Source: Prorocentrum cordatum (lineage: Eukaryota). Taken from it: a stretch of DNA of 64,000 nucleotides. The DNA is taken from NCBI GenBank assembly GCA_963575745.1, contig CAUYUJ010000288.1, positions 1 through 64,000 on the forward strand. The letters are read 5' to 3'. This document shows positions 46,508 through 57,500 of the stretch, in pieces. The notes beneath the pieces are model-generated. The model did no database searches, had not been told where the DNA came from, and was given only the letters and a program-made list of their open reading frames with translations. Position 1 is the first letter of the stretch, and each line of letters begins with the position of its first letter. The position numbers and the translations under genes are program-made.

Positions 46508-46922
46508 CTCGGCGGCGAGCGTGGGAGGGAAGTGAGACGGGGCGGGCCTTCTCAGAAGGCTCGGAAGTCCCCCGGCCTTCCGAGAAGTGCTCGAAGCCTT
46601 CCACGAAGACACGGATAGCCCTTCTCAGAAGGCGCGAGGGCCTCTGAGAAGTTCCGCCGCCCTCTGAGAAGGCCTTCTTTTTCTTCTTATTTACCCCCTC
46701 GCTCGCCGCCAAAAATCTGTCAAAATCGGTTTCCGGACCCCTCCTGGGGTCCATCCGACGCGGTTTTTCATCAAGGGTCGAGTTTCGGGGGTCTTGGGGC
46801 CCGAAAACAGCCCCCAGAGGCCGAAAACGATGAGAAACCGCCTCGGCCTTCGAACCTCGAAGTTCGACCCTCGAAGTTCCCTCCCTCGCCGCCGCCGAGA
46901 ATATCACGCCTCTGGAGACCTG
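46508..46922. repeat. About 415-bp segment duplicated in inverted orientation at 50490-50906
   Basis: For example CTTCTTATTTACCCCCTCGCTCGCCGCCAAAAATCTGTCAAAATCGGT (about 46683) has its reverse complement at about 50684-50731. Confidence 0.92.
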
Positions 46923-48201
46923 CCGATGCGCGCCCGGCGCCGCCGCGAGCCCCTCGCTCGCCGCCGAGACCCGGGGCCGGCCCTTCCTGCCGTAACTGCG
47001 CTGACCCGCGTTTCCCGCCTCCTCCTCCTCGTCCTTTTCCTCCTCCTTCTCCTCCTCCTCCTTCTCCTCCTCCTCCTCCTTTACCCTCCCCATCCAGACT
47101 CCCTCGCGTCGTAAAAAACACGACGGGAGGTTTTTCGCTATTTTCGGCCTCTGGGGGCCCTTACCCGCCCTCGGGACCGTCAAACAACATCTTGGGATTG
47201 AAAATTGGTCCTGGGGTATGGGTCCAGACCTGTGGGGGTCGACGTCTGAAAGAGACGACGTCGGCGGTCTGGTTTGGGAGCGACAGTCGGACCGAGGTAC
47301 GAGATCGAGGTCGATTGGGGGAGGGTGCCCTCACGTGCTTCGTGCTCGTTGGGCGCTCTGTGCGCATCCTGCCCAGACCCCGAACTGTGCGTTTTGTTTC
47401 ACAACGTCGACCCCCAGAGGTCTTGATTTGTGTCCTGATGTTTGTCCTGATTTTTTGTCCTGATTTTTTCGTCCTGACCTGTTGTCTTTATTTTTTCTCC
47501 TGATTTTGTCCTGATTTTTCTGTCCTGGGACCGGTTGTTTGTCCTGATTTTTTGACGGCCCCGAGGCCCGACAAGGGCCCCCGGAGGCCGAAAATGGTGG
47601 ACAACTTCCCGTCGTGATTTTTTCGCAGCGCGAGGAGGTCTGGGTGGGGATGGTACCCTTGGATGCTCCGTGTGTTCTGGCTGGCGGAGGGTCTCATGCT
47701 CTTCTGGCCTAGGTCCGACTTCAGGAGTGAAACAAAAAACACAGGCACAACTCATCGTCGACCCCCAGGAAAGCATGGGAAAACATGGGAAGTGGGGGGA
47801 ATAGACGAAGATCCAGAAAGTATGGACAAGTATTATGGGGATTCTGGGGATTTGTGTGAATTTATTTGTGTGTCCCTGAGCCCCCGTCACGACTGTACAC
47901 TTCGAGGTCGATTGGGGAGGGCGCCCTAATGTGCTTCGTGCTTGTTGGGCGTTCTCTTTGCGCATCCTGGGGAGGGTACCCTTGGATGCTCTGTGTGTTC
48001 TGGCCGGCGGAGGGTCTCATGCTCCTGAAGGATGCTCTTCTGGCCTAGGTCCGACTTCAGGAGGGACGAAACACACACAGACACAAGTAATCGTCGACCC
48101 CCCGGAAAGCATGGGAAAGTTGGGGGAAAGTGGGGGGGTGGGGGGATAGACGACGCTCCAGAAGGTATGGGCAAATTTCATGGGGAGCCCTGGGATTTGT
48201 G

Positions 48202-48234
<33 letters not shown>

Positions 48235-48792
48235 CTGTGTCTGTGTCTGTGTCTGTTTGCCCAGAGATCCAGTGCCGTGATTGTTTCAACACGCGGTCCC
48301 TGGAAGCCTCGATCCATTCCTCAGGACCGGCTTTCCATCCTGAGTCGTTTTTTGACGGTCCCGAGGCCCGGCGAGGGCCCCTAGGGGCCGAAATTCGCGA
48401 AAAACCTCCGTCTTGTTTTTTTCGATACAGTCGGGACCCTGAAGAAGGAACCCTTTTGGTTGGGGAGGGGCTCCGCGTTCCTGAAGTGTTTCACGGCTTG
48501 CCTCAGGTTTCCCTTAGTTCTTCGATAGGATTTCGAAGTTTGACTTCTGGGAAACAGGGGCCTCGTTCCTTATTGAGGGTTCCTTAGGCCAACGCCCCGA
48601 CTGCACGTTGGATCTCTGGGTGTGCGTCTCGGGGCCCCGTCGCGGCCGCGCCCTGCGCGGCGGGGCCGCGGCGCCGCGACCGCGGCCGCGGCGGGCCTGG
48701 GCGGTCGCCGGCCCGGGGCAGCGCGGCCCTGGACTGCCTCCCCTCGCGGCTCGAGCCCGAGGGTCGGCGGCCTCGAGGTTCGGAGGCTGCTA

Positions 48793-48971
48793 CTCCAGAT
48801 TTCGTAGTAAAAGGGAGGGGGTCTGGACCCTCCAAGACAAGCCATTTCAGACCTCCCCCGTGGGAGAACCCTCCGAAGCATCGTCCCCAGACCCCCCCGG
48901 GCCCTCCAAGGTAGCCTGGAAGAGACCCCCCCCGAAATGAGACCCCCCTCCCTTCATCACGAAATCTGGAG
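48793..48971. mobile_element. MITE family M2 copy 1 (about 31-bp TIR, TA TSD)
   Basis: TA|CTCCAGATTTCGTAGTAAAAGGGAGGGGGTCT ... AGACCCCCCTCCCTTCATCACGAAATCTGGAG|TA. Confidence 0.92.
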
Positions 48972-49706
48972 TATCGACGCCACCCCAGCATACTGATACT
49001 ACTTGTGCGTCGCCCCCCTGGTGGCCACGCGCGCACCGAGAGATCTTATAGTATGTGCGCCGTGGCGGGCGCTTTCCGGCCACACCGCCGGGGAAACGGC
49101 ATACTACACGATGGGTGTACTATATGTTCGGGTCGGACGCGCGCCTCCAAGGAGGACACATAGTATTAGTATGTCTTTGGGCGTCCCATGCTAGACCTCC
49201 TACACGTGGTTCATTTCTAATTCTTCGAGAGTTCCTTTATTTTTTGGGGCGCCAAGGTCCTTTCATCTCTAACTGTCCTGGGCCTTTTCCTGGCCATCTA
49301 GGGGGCCAGGAACGATTAGGAACGAGCACAGTTGGAACTGAGCACGATTAGAAATGAACGTGTACCCTGACACGTCGATCAATGAAGTGGCCATTTTCGG
49401 TTCGCGAGAGGGCGTCGAGGCCGTCGTTTTTGCGGGTCCGGGTCCGTCGGTTTCGGTCCTGGGCCGCTTTCACGAAATGGAGGTTTACTAAAGGGAGGTC
49501 TGTCCACCGCCGAAAAAGGATGGCACCAACACCAAGACCAACTACAGTCAACGCGCCTAGTCAGGACGCGCGCCTTCATCTAGGATGCCCTTGCGTCCTT
49601 GCCTCTGTGGCCCGTCCTTTGCCGTTTTCACTGGTCGCCGCCGCCCAAAGAAATCCCAACTTCAGGCTCCAAGGGTCTTGCGCCCTTACCACGCGTCCTT
49701 ACTATA

Positions 49707-49884
49707 CTCCAGATTTCGTGATAAAGGGAGGGGGGTCTCATTGGGGGGGGGGTCTCTTCCAGGCTATCTTGGAGGGCCTGGGGGGTCTGGGGACGATGTT
49801 TTGGAGGGTTCTCCCACGGGGGAGGTCTGAAATGGCTTGTCTTGGAGGGTCCAGACCCCCTCCCTTTTACTACGAAATCTGGAG
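49707..49884. mobile_element. MITE family M2 copy 2 (opposite orientation)
   Basis: TA|CTCCAGATTTCGTG ... TACGAAATCTGGAG|TA, with flanks different from copy 1. Confidence 0.92.
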
Positions 49885-50017
49885 TACGTTTTCACTGTAG
49901 GACGAACGAGCAGCACACACCCATACCCACAGGGGGGTCGTTGGGCGGAGCACTGGCCCCGGGCGTGGGTGCGGGCTGTCGGACCCTGGGGAACGCTCCC
50001 GCTCGAGCGGGGACTTA

Positions 50018-50168
50018 CCAGCCTCGAGCGTATCCCTATCCCTAAGATCGACACGCCAAAAGGCGACGACAATCTTAGGGACTCGCCCTCAAAAATAAGG
50101 GAACCCCTAAGATTGGCATCGTGGTGAGGAGGTACCCAGCATAGGGACAGGGACATGTTCCAGGCTGG
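50018..50168. mobile_element. MITE family M3 copy 1 (TA TSD), nested in a larger foldback at 49901-50251
   Basis: TA|CCAGCCTCGAGCGTATCCCTATCCCTA ... TAGGGACAGGGACATGTTCCAGGCTGG|TA. Confidence 0.88.
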
Positions 50169-51782
50169 TAGGGGACCCCCACCCGACAACACGCACCCAC
50201 AGCCCTCTCCGGACCCCCCTTGGGGGTATGGGTGTGTGCTGCTGGTTCGTCAGGCCATCCGAGGCGAGCGAGGGGGGGAGCCGAGAGGGAGGCTGCCGTC
50301 GGCGGCGAGCGGGGGGGGAGGGCGAGCTGCGGGTGCGAGGCTCGAGGCTGCGGGGGCGTTTTCGTCGGCCCTCGGCTGTGTTGCAGCCTCGGGATGCGGT
50401 CCAGCGGCTGCGCCTCGGCGAGAGCGTCGTGAGGGTGCCCGGCGCGTCCCGAACGGCCGCCGGAGACCCGCGGAATTCGGCGGCGCGCCCAGGTCTCCAG
50501 AGGCGTGATCTTCTCGGCGGCGGCGAGGGAGGGAACTTTGGGGGCTCGAACTTCGAGGTTCGAAGTCCGAGGCGGTTTCTCATCGTTTTCGGCCTCTGGG
50601 GGCTGTTTTCGGGCCCCAAGACCCCCGAAACTCGATCCTGGATGAAAAACCGCGTCGGATGGACCCCGGGAGGGGTCTGGGGACCGATTTTGACAGATTT
50701 TTGGCGGCGAGCGAGGGGGTAAATAAGAAGAAAAAGAAGGCCTTCTCAGAGGGCGGCGGCGCTTCTCAGAAGCCCTCGAACCTTCTGAGAGGTTTTCTGT
50801 GTCTTCGGGGAAGGCATTCTTAGAGCACGTCTCGGAAGGCCTGGAGACTTCCGGGCCTTCTGAGGAGGCCCGCCCCTTTTCACTTCCCTTCCACGCTCGC
50901 CGCCGACAACACGTGCCCCTGGGGAAGGGGTCGGGACCTCTGGGGCCGCGCGTTGAACAACTCTCGCCGTCGGGTGTCTGGGTACCCTGAGATCCGACGT
51001 TGCAAAACAATTGCAGCATCGCAGAAATCACGCCCGGAGCCCCAGACCCCATCTTTCGGCATCATTTTTCGAGCCGGGGCGGTCTGTGTGTGGGCCCCCT
51101 GGCCCGACGAAGCGCGAAGACGCCCGCAGCAAAACAAGCATGCAGCGCCAGGGTCTCAGGGTAAGGCTGCGCCTGGTGCTGGCTGCTGCGGTGGCTGCGC
51201 ACGCAGTCGCGCCCTCGGGGTCCCGGCCCTGGTTGCCCCGCCAGCATGATTATAATCTCAAGTCCGGCGTGTCCCTCTACAGGACGAATTTCAAGAGTAG
51301 TGAAAAACTGGCCTGAGACAATTTTTGTGCCCTTGGACTATTTGTGTCGTTGTTTGACTATTTGTGATTTGTCTTCCAAGCTCCGCCTGTCGGTGAACAT
51401 GCCCGACCTGATTCCAGTCGCTCGGGGTCCACGATCCGGTGTTTGAGGTGTGAGTCCGCAGCACGGTCGGCGCAGCTCTCGGATCCGCTGATCCGCTGCC
51501 GCAGCCTGCGCACGAGATTCAGAATCGGGCTGGGCCCACATGGGGTACGGGATTGATCGGATGATCTCCTCTTCGATCGTACCGTCTTCCCGGTGCCCTC
51601 TCGCGGCCTCAGCAGCGCCCAAGCTGCCAGTCCGAGTGGGGCCTGCGCGCTCTCTCGCGCGCGGTGCTCCGACGCGCAGCTGCCTCCTCGCGGCGCGGCC
51701 CCGTCGTTGCCTCTCATCGTGAGAGGCTCGCACGCCCCTCGGGCCGATAGCGCAGACGTGTGGCGTTCTGGAGTACGGCATG

Positions 51783-51955
51783 CTAGCCTCAAGTCGGGCG
51801 TGTCCCTCTACAGGAGGAGAATTCGACAATAGTCAAAACATCGTCCAGAGGCTATGCTTTCAGTTCTGTTTGAATATCTCGGTGTATGTTTTGGGGTATG
51901 TTTGGTTTTTCGTCCCAAATCCGCCTGTAGGGGGGCAGGCCCGACCTAATGCTAG
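51783..51955. mobile_element. MITE family M4 copy
   Basis: CTAGCCTCAAGTCGGGCGTGTCCCTCTACAGG ... CCTGTAGGGGGGCAGGCCCGACCTAATGCTAG. Other copies lie at about 51258-51412 and 61318-61476. Confidence 0.82.
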
Positions 51956-53267
51956 GCGCTTTTTGCTGCCATGTATGCGACCCCTCTGTCTTGTTTCTCT
52001 GCTTGCCTTAGAGTCACATCACCTCATCGGCAACAGTTTCTGGGCCATACCGCATGTCGTGAAGGCCATCGTGGGATGACGGCTGGTTGCAGTCGTTCTG
52101 GAGGGCTATCGTGGATTCGGCGCAAAAGTATAGCAACTGCCTCGAGGGATTTTTTGGGGAGAATCCAATGACAACAGCAGCAGCAACAACAACATCACTT
52201 ACCACACCACCACCACCAACAACAACACTAATTATAAGACTGTTCGCTCCTATCTGCTCACGTGCCAATCCATACGTTTATTCCAAGCCCTCAGTACCCG
52301 CTTCGTCGTCTTCGATCATACCCCCTTGGGGGTATATCTTCCTTACATGCCACGTGCATGTAGTGCAGCCCCTAAGAAAGGGAAGGGAAGACGGGTGGAA
52401 GGGGGAGGGATAATAATGGAGCACGAGAGAAATTAGCAGGAGAGGGGGGGCAAGGAGCAGAAAACAAGTGGTATAATCAGACGGACAGATCGGGTGGGCA
52501 GACCCATAGCGGGCAGGTTGGGAAGGCGGGCCCAGGCGACCAGGTCGAGCATGCGGGTTGCTGAAGCGTGGGTCTTGCATGATTCGCGAGGAATTATCGA
52601 GCGATAGCGCGATTCCCAAATAAATCGTTAGAAAAGCCAAAGCGAGAGCGCGATTCCTGAGCGCCGAGGGCGCATCGTCTGAATAAATTGCGAGGAGGTC
52701 CAACGCGAGAGCGCGATTCGTATTCAAATTGTGAGGAAGTCTCGCGCGAGAGGGCGATTTGGGAATAAGTTGTGAGGAAGTATCAGGCGGGAGCCGTTGT
52801 TGCTGCTGTTGTTGAATTCTCGTTTTTGAAAACAACTATTGTCGATCCCCCCCGTCCAGTGCACATTGTTTTTCGATTGAAGTGCCCTTCCCGGGGCTCG
52901 CACCCTGTTTTTTATAAGGAAAGTCCTGAGGGTCAAACTGTGCCCTTGGCCCCCGGTTTACAACAACAACGGCTCCCGCCTGAGACTTCTTCGCAATTTA
53001 GCCAGGACCCCCGCTCCCGCCCGAGACTCCCTCGCGTTTTATTCAGGAATCGCGTTCTCGCGTGGGACTTCCTTAGAATTGATTATCCCGGCGCTCTGGA
53101 GTCGCGGTCTCGGTGGAGACTTGCTTGCAAATTACTGAAGAATAGCGCGCTTGCGTTGTAATTTCTTGCAATTTACTCAAGCGCCGCGCTCCCGACACCC
53201 AGGCACCCAGGAGTCGTGCTCACGCTTAGGACTCCTTCACAGATTGCATAGGAGTCGGGATCTCGCT

Positions 53268-53830
53268 GCCCTTCGTGGCCCCGTTGCAGCCCTTCGTGGC
53301 CCCCTCGCTTTGTTTCGTGGCCCCGTTGCAGCCCCTCGTGGCCTCCTCGCTGCCCTTCGTGGCCCCGTTGCAGCCCCTCGTGGCCTCCTCGCTGCCCTTC
53401 GTGGCCCCGTTGCAGTCCTTCGTGGCCCCCTCGCTTTGTTTCGTGGCCCCGTTGCACCCTTCGTGGCCCCGTTGCTGCCCTTCGTGGCCCCGTCGCAGCC
53501 CTTCGTGGCCCCGTTGCAGCCCTTCGTGGCCCCCTCGCTGCCATTCGTGGCCCCGTCGCAGCCCTTCGTGGCCCCGTTGCAGCCCTTCGTGGCCCCATCT
53601 ATGTATGCCTTTCGTGGCCCCCGCTCGTTCGCGCCCGTGGTGGCCCCACGTGCATTTGTCCTACGTGGCCTTGTTGCTACCCTAAGTGGCCCCATCGTTG
53701 CCTTCTGTGGCCCCGCATTATCTGCCCTTCGTGGCCCCCGCTCGTTCGCGCTCTTCGTGGCCCCATACGCATTCCTTTCGTGTCCCCGCTGTTGCCCTTC
53801 GTGGCCTACTTCGTGTCCTTGTGGCCCTAC
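53268..53830. repeat. 21-bp minisatellite (CTTCGTGGCCCCGTTGCAGCC consensus), decaying rightwards
   Basis: Direct reading; about 25 units. Confidence 0.93.
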
Positions 53831-53865
53831 TGTCGTTCTCTTTCGCTCTTGCTTTCGCTCGTTGT

Positions 53866-53909
<44 letters not shown>

Positions 53910-55439
53910 ACGTCGTCGTCGTCGTGGTCGGTCCCCTGTCCGTCCCTGTTGGGGTCGGGTCGACGGTCCGCGGCCGCCCCGCCGATCAGCGCTGCCGCTG
54001 GCCAGGCCGACGGTCCGCGGCCGCCCCGCCGCTTGCTGGGGCCCGGCCTGCAGGGAAGAAAGGTATACCCCCCAAAAGGAGTTCGATCGAAGACGAAGAG
54101 CGTGGGTATCGAGGGTTTGGGAAATAGGCGTTATTGGATACTCGAGCAGGTAAGGGCGAACAGTCTTAAAATGATTGTTGTTGTTGTTGCTGCTGCTGTT
54201 GTTGTTGTTGGTGTTGTTGATGTTGTTAACCGGGGGCTGGTGGTGCAGTTTGAGCCTAGTGATTTTCCTTGGCAAAAAAGAAACAGGGTGCGAGTCCCAG
54301 GGGAAACACTTCCATTGAAAAAATACAATGGTCACCGGAGGGGGGTGATCAACATCACGTATTCTTCAGTAGTGAGAGTTCAACGGCAAGAGTAATTGCT
54401 GCTTTTCGGGGGGTCCTCGCCGCAGCGGCCCCCCTTCGCAGTTGCTGGTCAGGGCCCGCCCCAAACTCAGTCCAACAATAACCACCTAACTGCAGTACGC
54501 ATGTCCTTCTGCGTCCCATCGTCGCCCCTCCTCGGCCGCCGCCGCCACCGCCGTCCAGCCATCTCCAGACCCCCGACGTCGTGATTTATTGTGACGTGGA
54601 CCCCCAGCGGTCTGTACCCCTTCCCCAGGACCGGCTTCTCCTCCCGAGCCGCTCTTTGCCGACCCCGCGGGCCGGTGGGGGCTACCTGGAGGCTTAAGAT
54701 GGCGAGAAACGTCCCGCCACGATTTTTTCATGAAGCCCGAGGGGGTCTGTGTCCTCGGTCAGGGCTGGGCCTGAACGTTGTCTCTGCTGGACTTCGGGTT
54801 CCTTTCTGTCTTTGGCGTATTGGCGGAGAGGCCCACGGGGAGCAGGCAGAGCGAACCGAAGAGCCACTCGGAGCACGGAGCGAAGAAGAACGTCCAGGTC
54901 CAGTCCTGTCCTCGGTCGCCGCCCCGCCCCCCCCCGGGCCCTCTCCGCCCGATCCCGTGGCCAGAGCTCTGGCCCCAAGAGAGACCGCCCGCGACAGGGC
55001 GGGGAGTCTCGGCTCCCGCCCCCTCGAGCGCTGCGCCCGGGCGCTCTCCCCAGACGGCCGCCGATGTGATTCTTCCTTCTCGGGCAGGAGGAGGCAGGAG
55101 GAGCCCGAGATCCAGGCGCTGGGGATGCAGGAGGAGGAGATGACCTGAGGCAGGAGAATGAAGAGGATCAGGCGGGAGAAGGAGGAGGAGGAGGACGAGG
55201 AGGAGGAGGAGAAGCCTGAGGAGGAGGCCGGAGCAGGAGGAGGACGGAGGAGGAAGGAAGAGGAAGCAGGAGGGAGGAGAAGGAAATTCCCAGGCAGGCT
55301 GAAAGATCCTCGTGCGGGGCCCCGCCGTCGCAGTGATGTCCACCCCGCGGCCTCGGGTAGCTCCAGACCGCTGCACCGCTCCGGCAGCTTTTCGCTCCGG
55401 CTCCGTGCCTGATTGCCCACGGCCTTCTGCCTCTTTTTT

Positions 55440-55591
55440 CCAGCCTGGAACATATCCCTATCCCTACGCTGGGCATCTCCTCATCACGATGCCAATCTTA
55501 GGGATTCCCTTAGTTTTTGAGGGCGAATCCCTAAGATTGTCATCGCCTTTTGGCGTGTCGATCTTGGGGATAGGGATAAGTTCGAGGCTGG
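55440..55591. mobile_element. MITE family M3 copy 2 (opposite orientation)
   Basis: Reverse complement of 50018-50168; TA on the right, TT on the left. Confidence 0.85.
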
Positions 55592-55711
55592 TAACCTTTT
55601 CGCACCTTCCGCGCGGCAGGTGCCGCGCCGCCGCGGTCCCCCGGGGGCCGGACCCCACGAGTAAAAACGCAGCCAGGATTCGAGATATCACGTCGTCGCC
55701 GATTTTTCGTT

Positions 55712-55777
<66 letters not shown>

Positions 55778-57342
55778 TCGCTGTCTGACGGTTCTGGGGT
55801 CCGGCGAGGGGGGCCCCCAGAGCGGGGAGCCGTCAGGAGCCGTCCGTCATGATCTGCTCATGGCCCGAGGGCCTCCTCCTCCTCCTCCTCCTCCTCCTCC
55901 TCCTCCTCCTCCTCCTCCTCCTCCTCCTCCTCCCCACTCCGAGGGCAGAGCACTTTTCTCTAGAAGGCCAGAGGGTCTCTGAGAAGCCCGGCCGCCCTCT
56001 GGGAAGAGGGCCGAGCCCGAAGAAGAAAGGCCACCAGGGTGCGAAGCACCACGTCGTGACTGGAGGCCTGGGTCCCCAGGAGATCGAGTACAGCACTGAT
56101 TTGCCCCAGCACTGCTCTGCCCGTCGAGCCTACCACACAAAAGGCGTAGAACGCTCGTATGTCTACCCGCACTCTACGCGTCTTTTCGCAGACTCGACGA
56201 ACATGTGAATTCTAGGGTCAATCAATGCTGCACAGTCCACGCGCCTCGCAAGGACGCGCGCCTTCATCTGGGGTACCCTTGTGCCCTTGCCTCTGCGGTC
56301 CGTCCGTCGCCGTTCTCACTGGACACCCGCCTCCCAACAAATCCCAACTTCGGCCTCCACGGGTCTTGCGCCCTTACAGTCGGGGCTCTGGACAAGAAAC
56401 CCTTTTCGTTGGGGAGGGGCTCCGTGTTCCTTAATTGTTTCGCAGCTTGCCTTAGGTTGTCCTTGGGTTCTCGATGGGGAATCGAAGTCTACTTTATGGA
56501 AAAAAAGGGGCCTCGTTTCTTATTTTGGGTTCCTGAGGTCAACGCCCCGACTGTACCACCCGTCCTTCGTACCCGGGTTGTTCGATACAGGGTCCTCCCT
56601 GGACGGCCCGACCCTTTCTCGGGGACCGGTTTCCATCCTGAGCCGTCTTTCACGCTCCCGGGGCCCGGCGAGGGCCCTCCGAGGGCGAAAACTGCAAACA
56701 ACCGTCGGTCTTCTGATTATTCTGGGCATCTTCCTAGGGTGGAGGGCTCAGGGTGAAATTCATAGGGGCTTTTGCACCTCGAAAATCAGTCCGTCTTGTG
56801 ACTCACCTTTTGCAGACTTCGAAAATCAATCGAAACGGCATTTCAGATTTCACCATTTGCCTGCCACCCAACGAAAATGCTAAGTTGTTTTACCACGCGA
56901 TCCTGCCTGGGTGAACGTCTTGACTGCAGTCGCTCCTGTGGTCATGATCCGCCTCCTCCCCCTCCCCCTCCTCCCCCTCCTCCCCCTCCTCCTCCTCCTC
57001 CTCCTCCTCCTCCCTCCTCCTCCCCTCCTCCTCCTCCTCCTCCTCCTCTCCTCCTCCTCCTCCTCCTCCTCCTCCTCCTCCTCCTCCTCCTCCTCCTCCT
57101 CCTCCTCCTCCTCCTCCTCCTCCTCCCCCTCCCCTCCTCCTCCCCCTCCTCCTCCTCCTCCCCCTCCACAATTACTCAATATGAATACTACTCTCCCTCT
57201 TCCCCTGATGACGTGCTGGGAGTGTTCGCCCCCCCCCCCCCCGCGTCCTGTTTTTTTACACAGGATTCCCGGGAGTTGGGTTTTCGCTTGCATTTTTTTT
57301 CAAAATGCTGCTCTCGCTGAGGCGCGGGCCTCATTTTCGGGC

Positions 57343-57500
57343 CCCGCTCGTTCCGAATCGTGCTCCCGCTGCAGCGCTGGCCTCATTTCCGTGCTTCCGC
57401 TCGTTCCGAATCGTGCTCCCGCTGCAGCGCTGGCCTTATTTCCGCGCTTCCGCTCGTTTCGACTCGTGCTCCCGCTGCAGCGCTGGCGTCATTTCCCGTG
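57343..57500. repeat. About 54-bp tandem repeat, 3 copies
   Basis: CCGCTCGTT..TCGTGCTCCCGCTGCAGCGCTGGC three times. Confidence 0.88.

Noticed and set aside
41094..46647. Many overlapping 200-500 aa ORFs
   Set aside because: They arise from GC-rich repeats, microsatellites and the inverted duplication, and are open in several frames on both strands.
53151..54395. 414-aa ORF with heptad-like repeats
   Set aside because: It is a translation of the 21-bp minisatellite and adjacent simple repeats.
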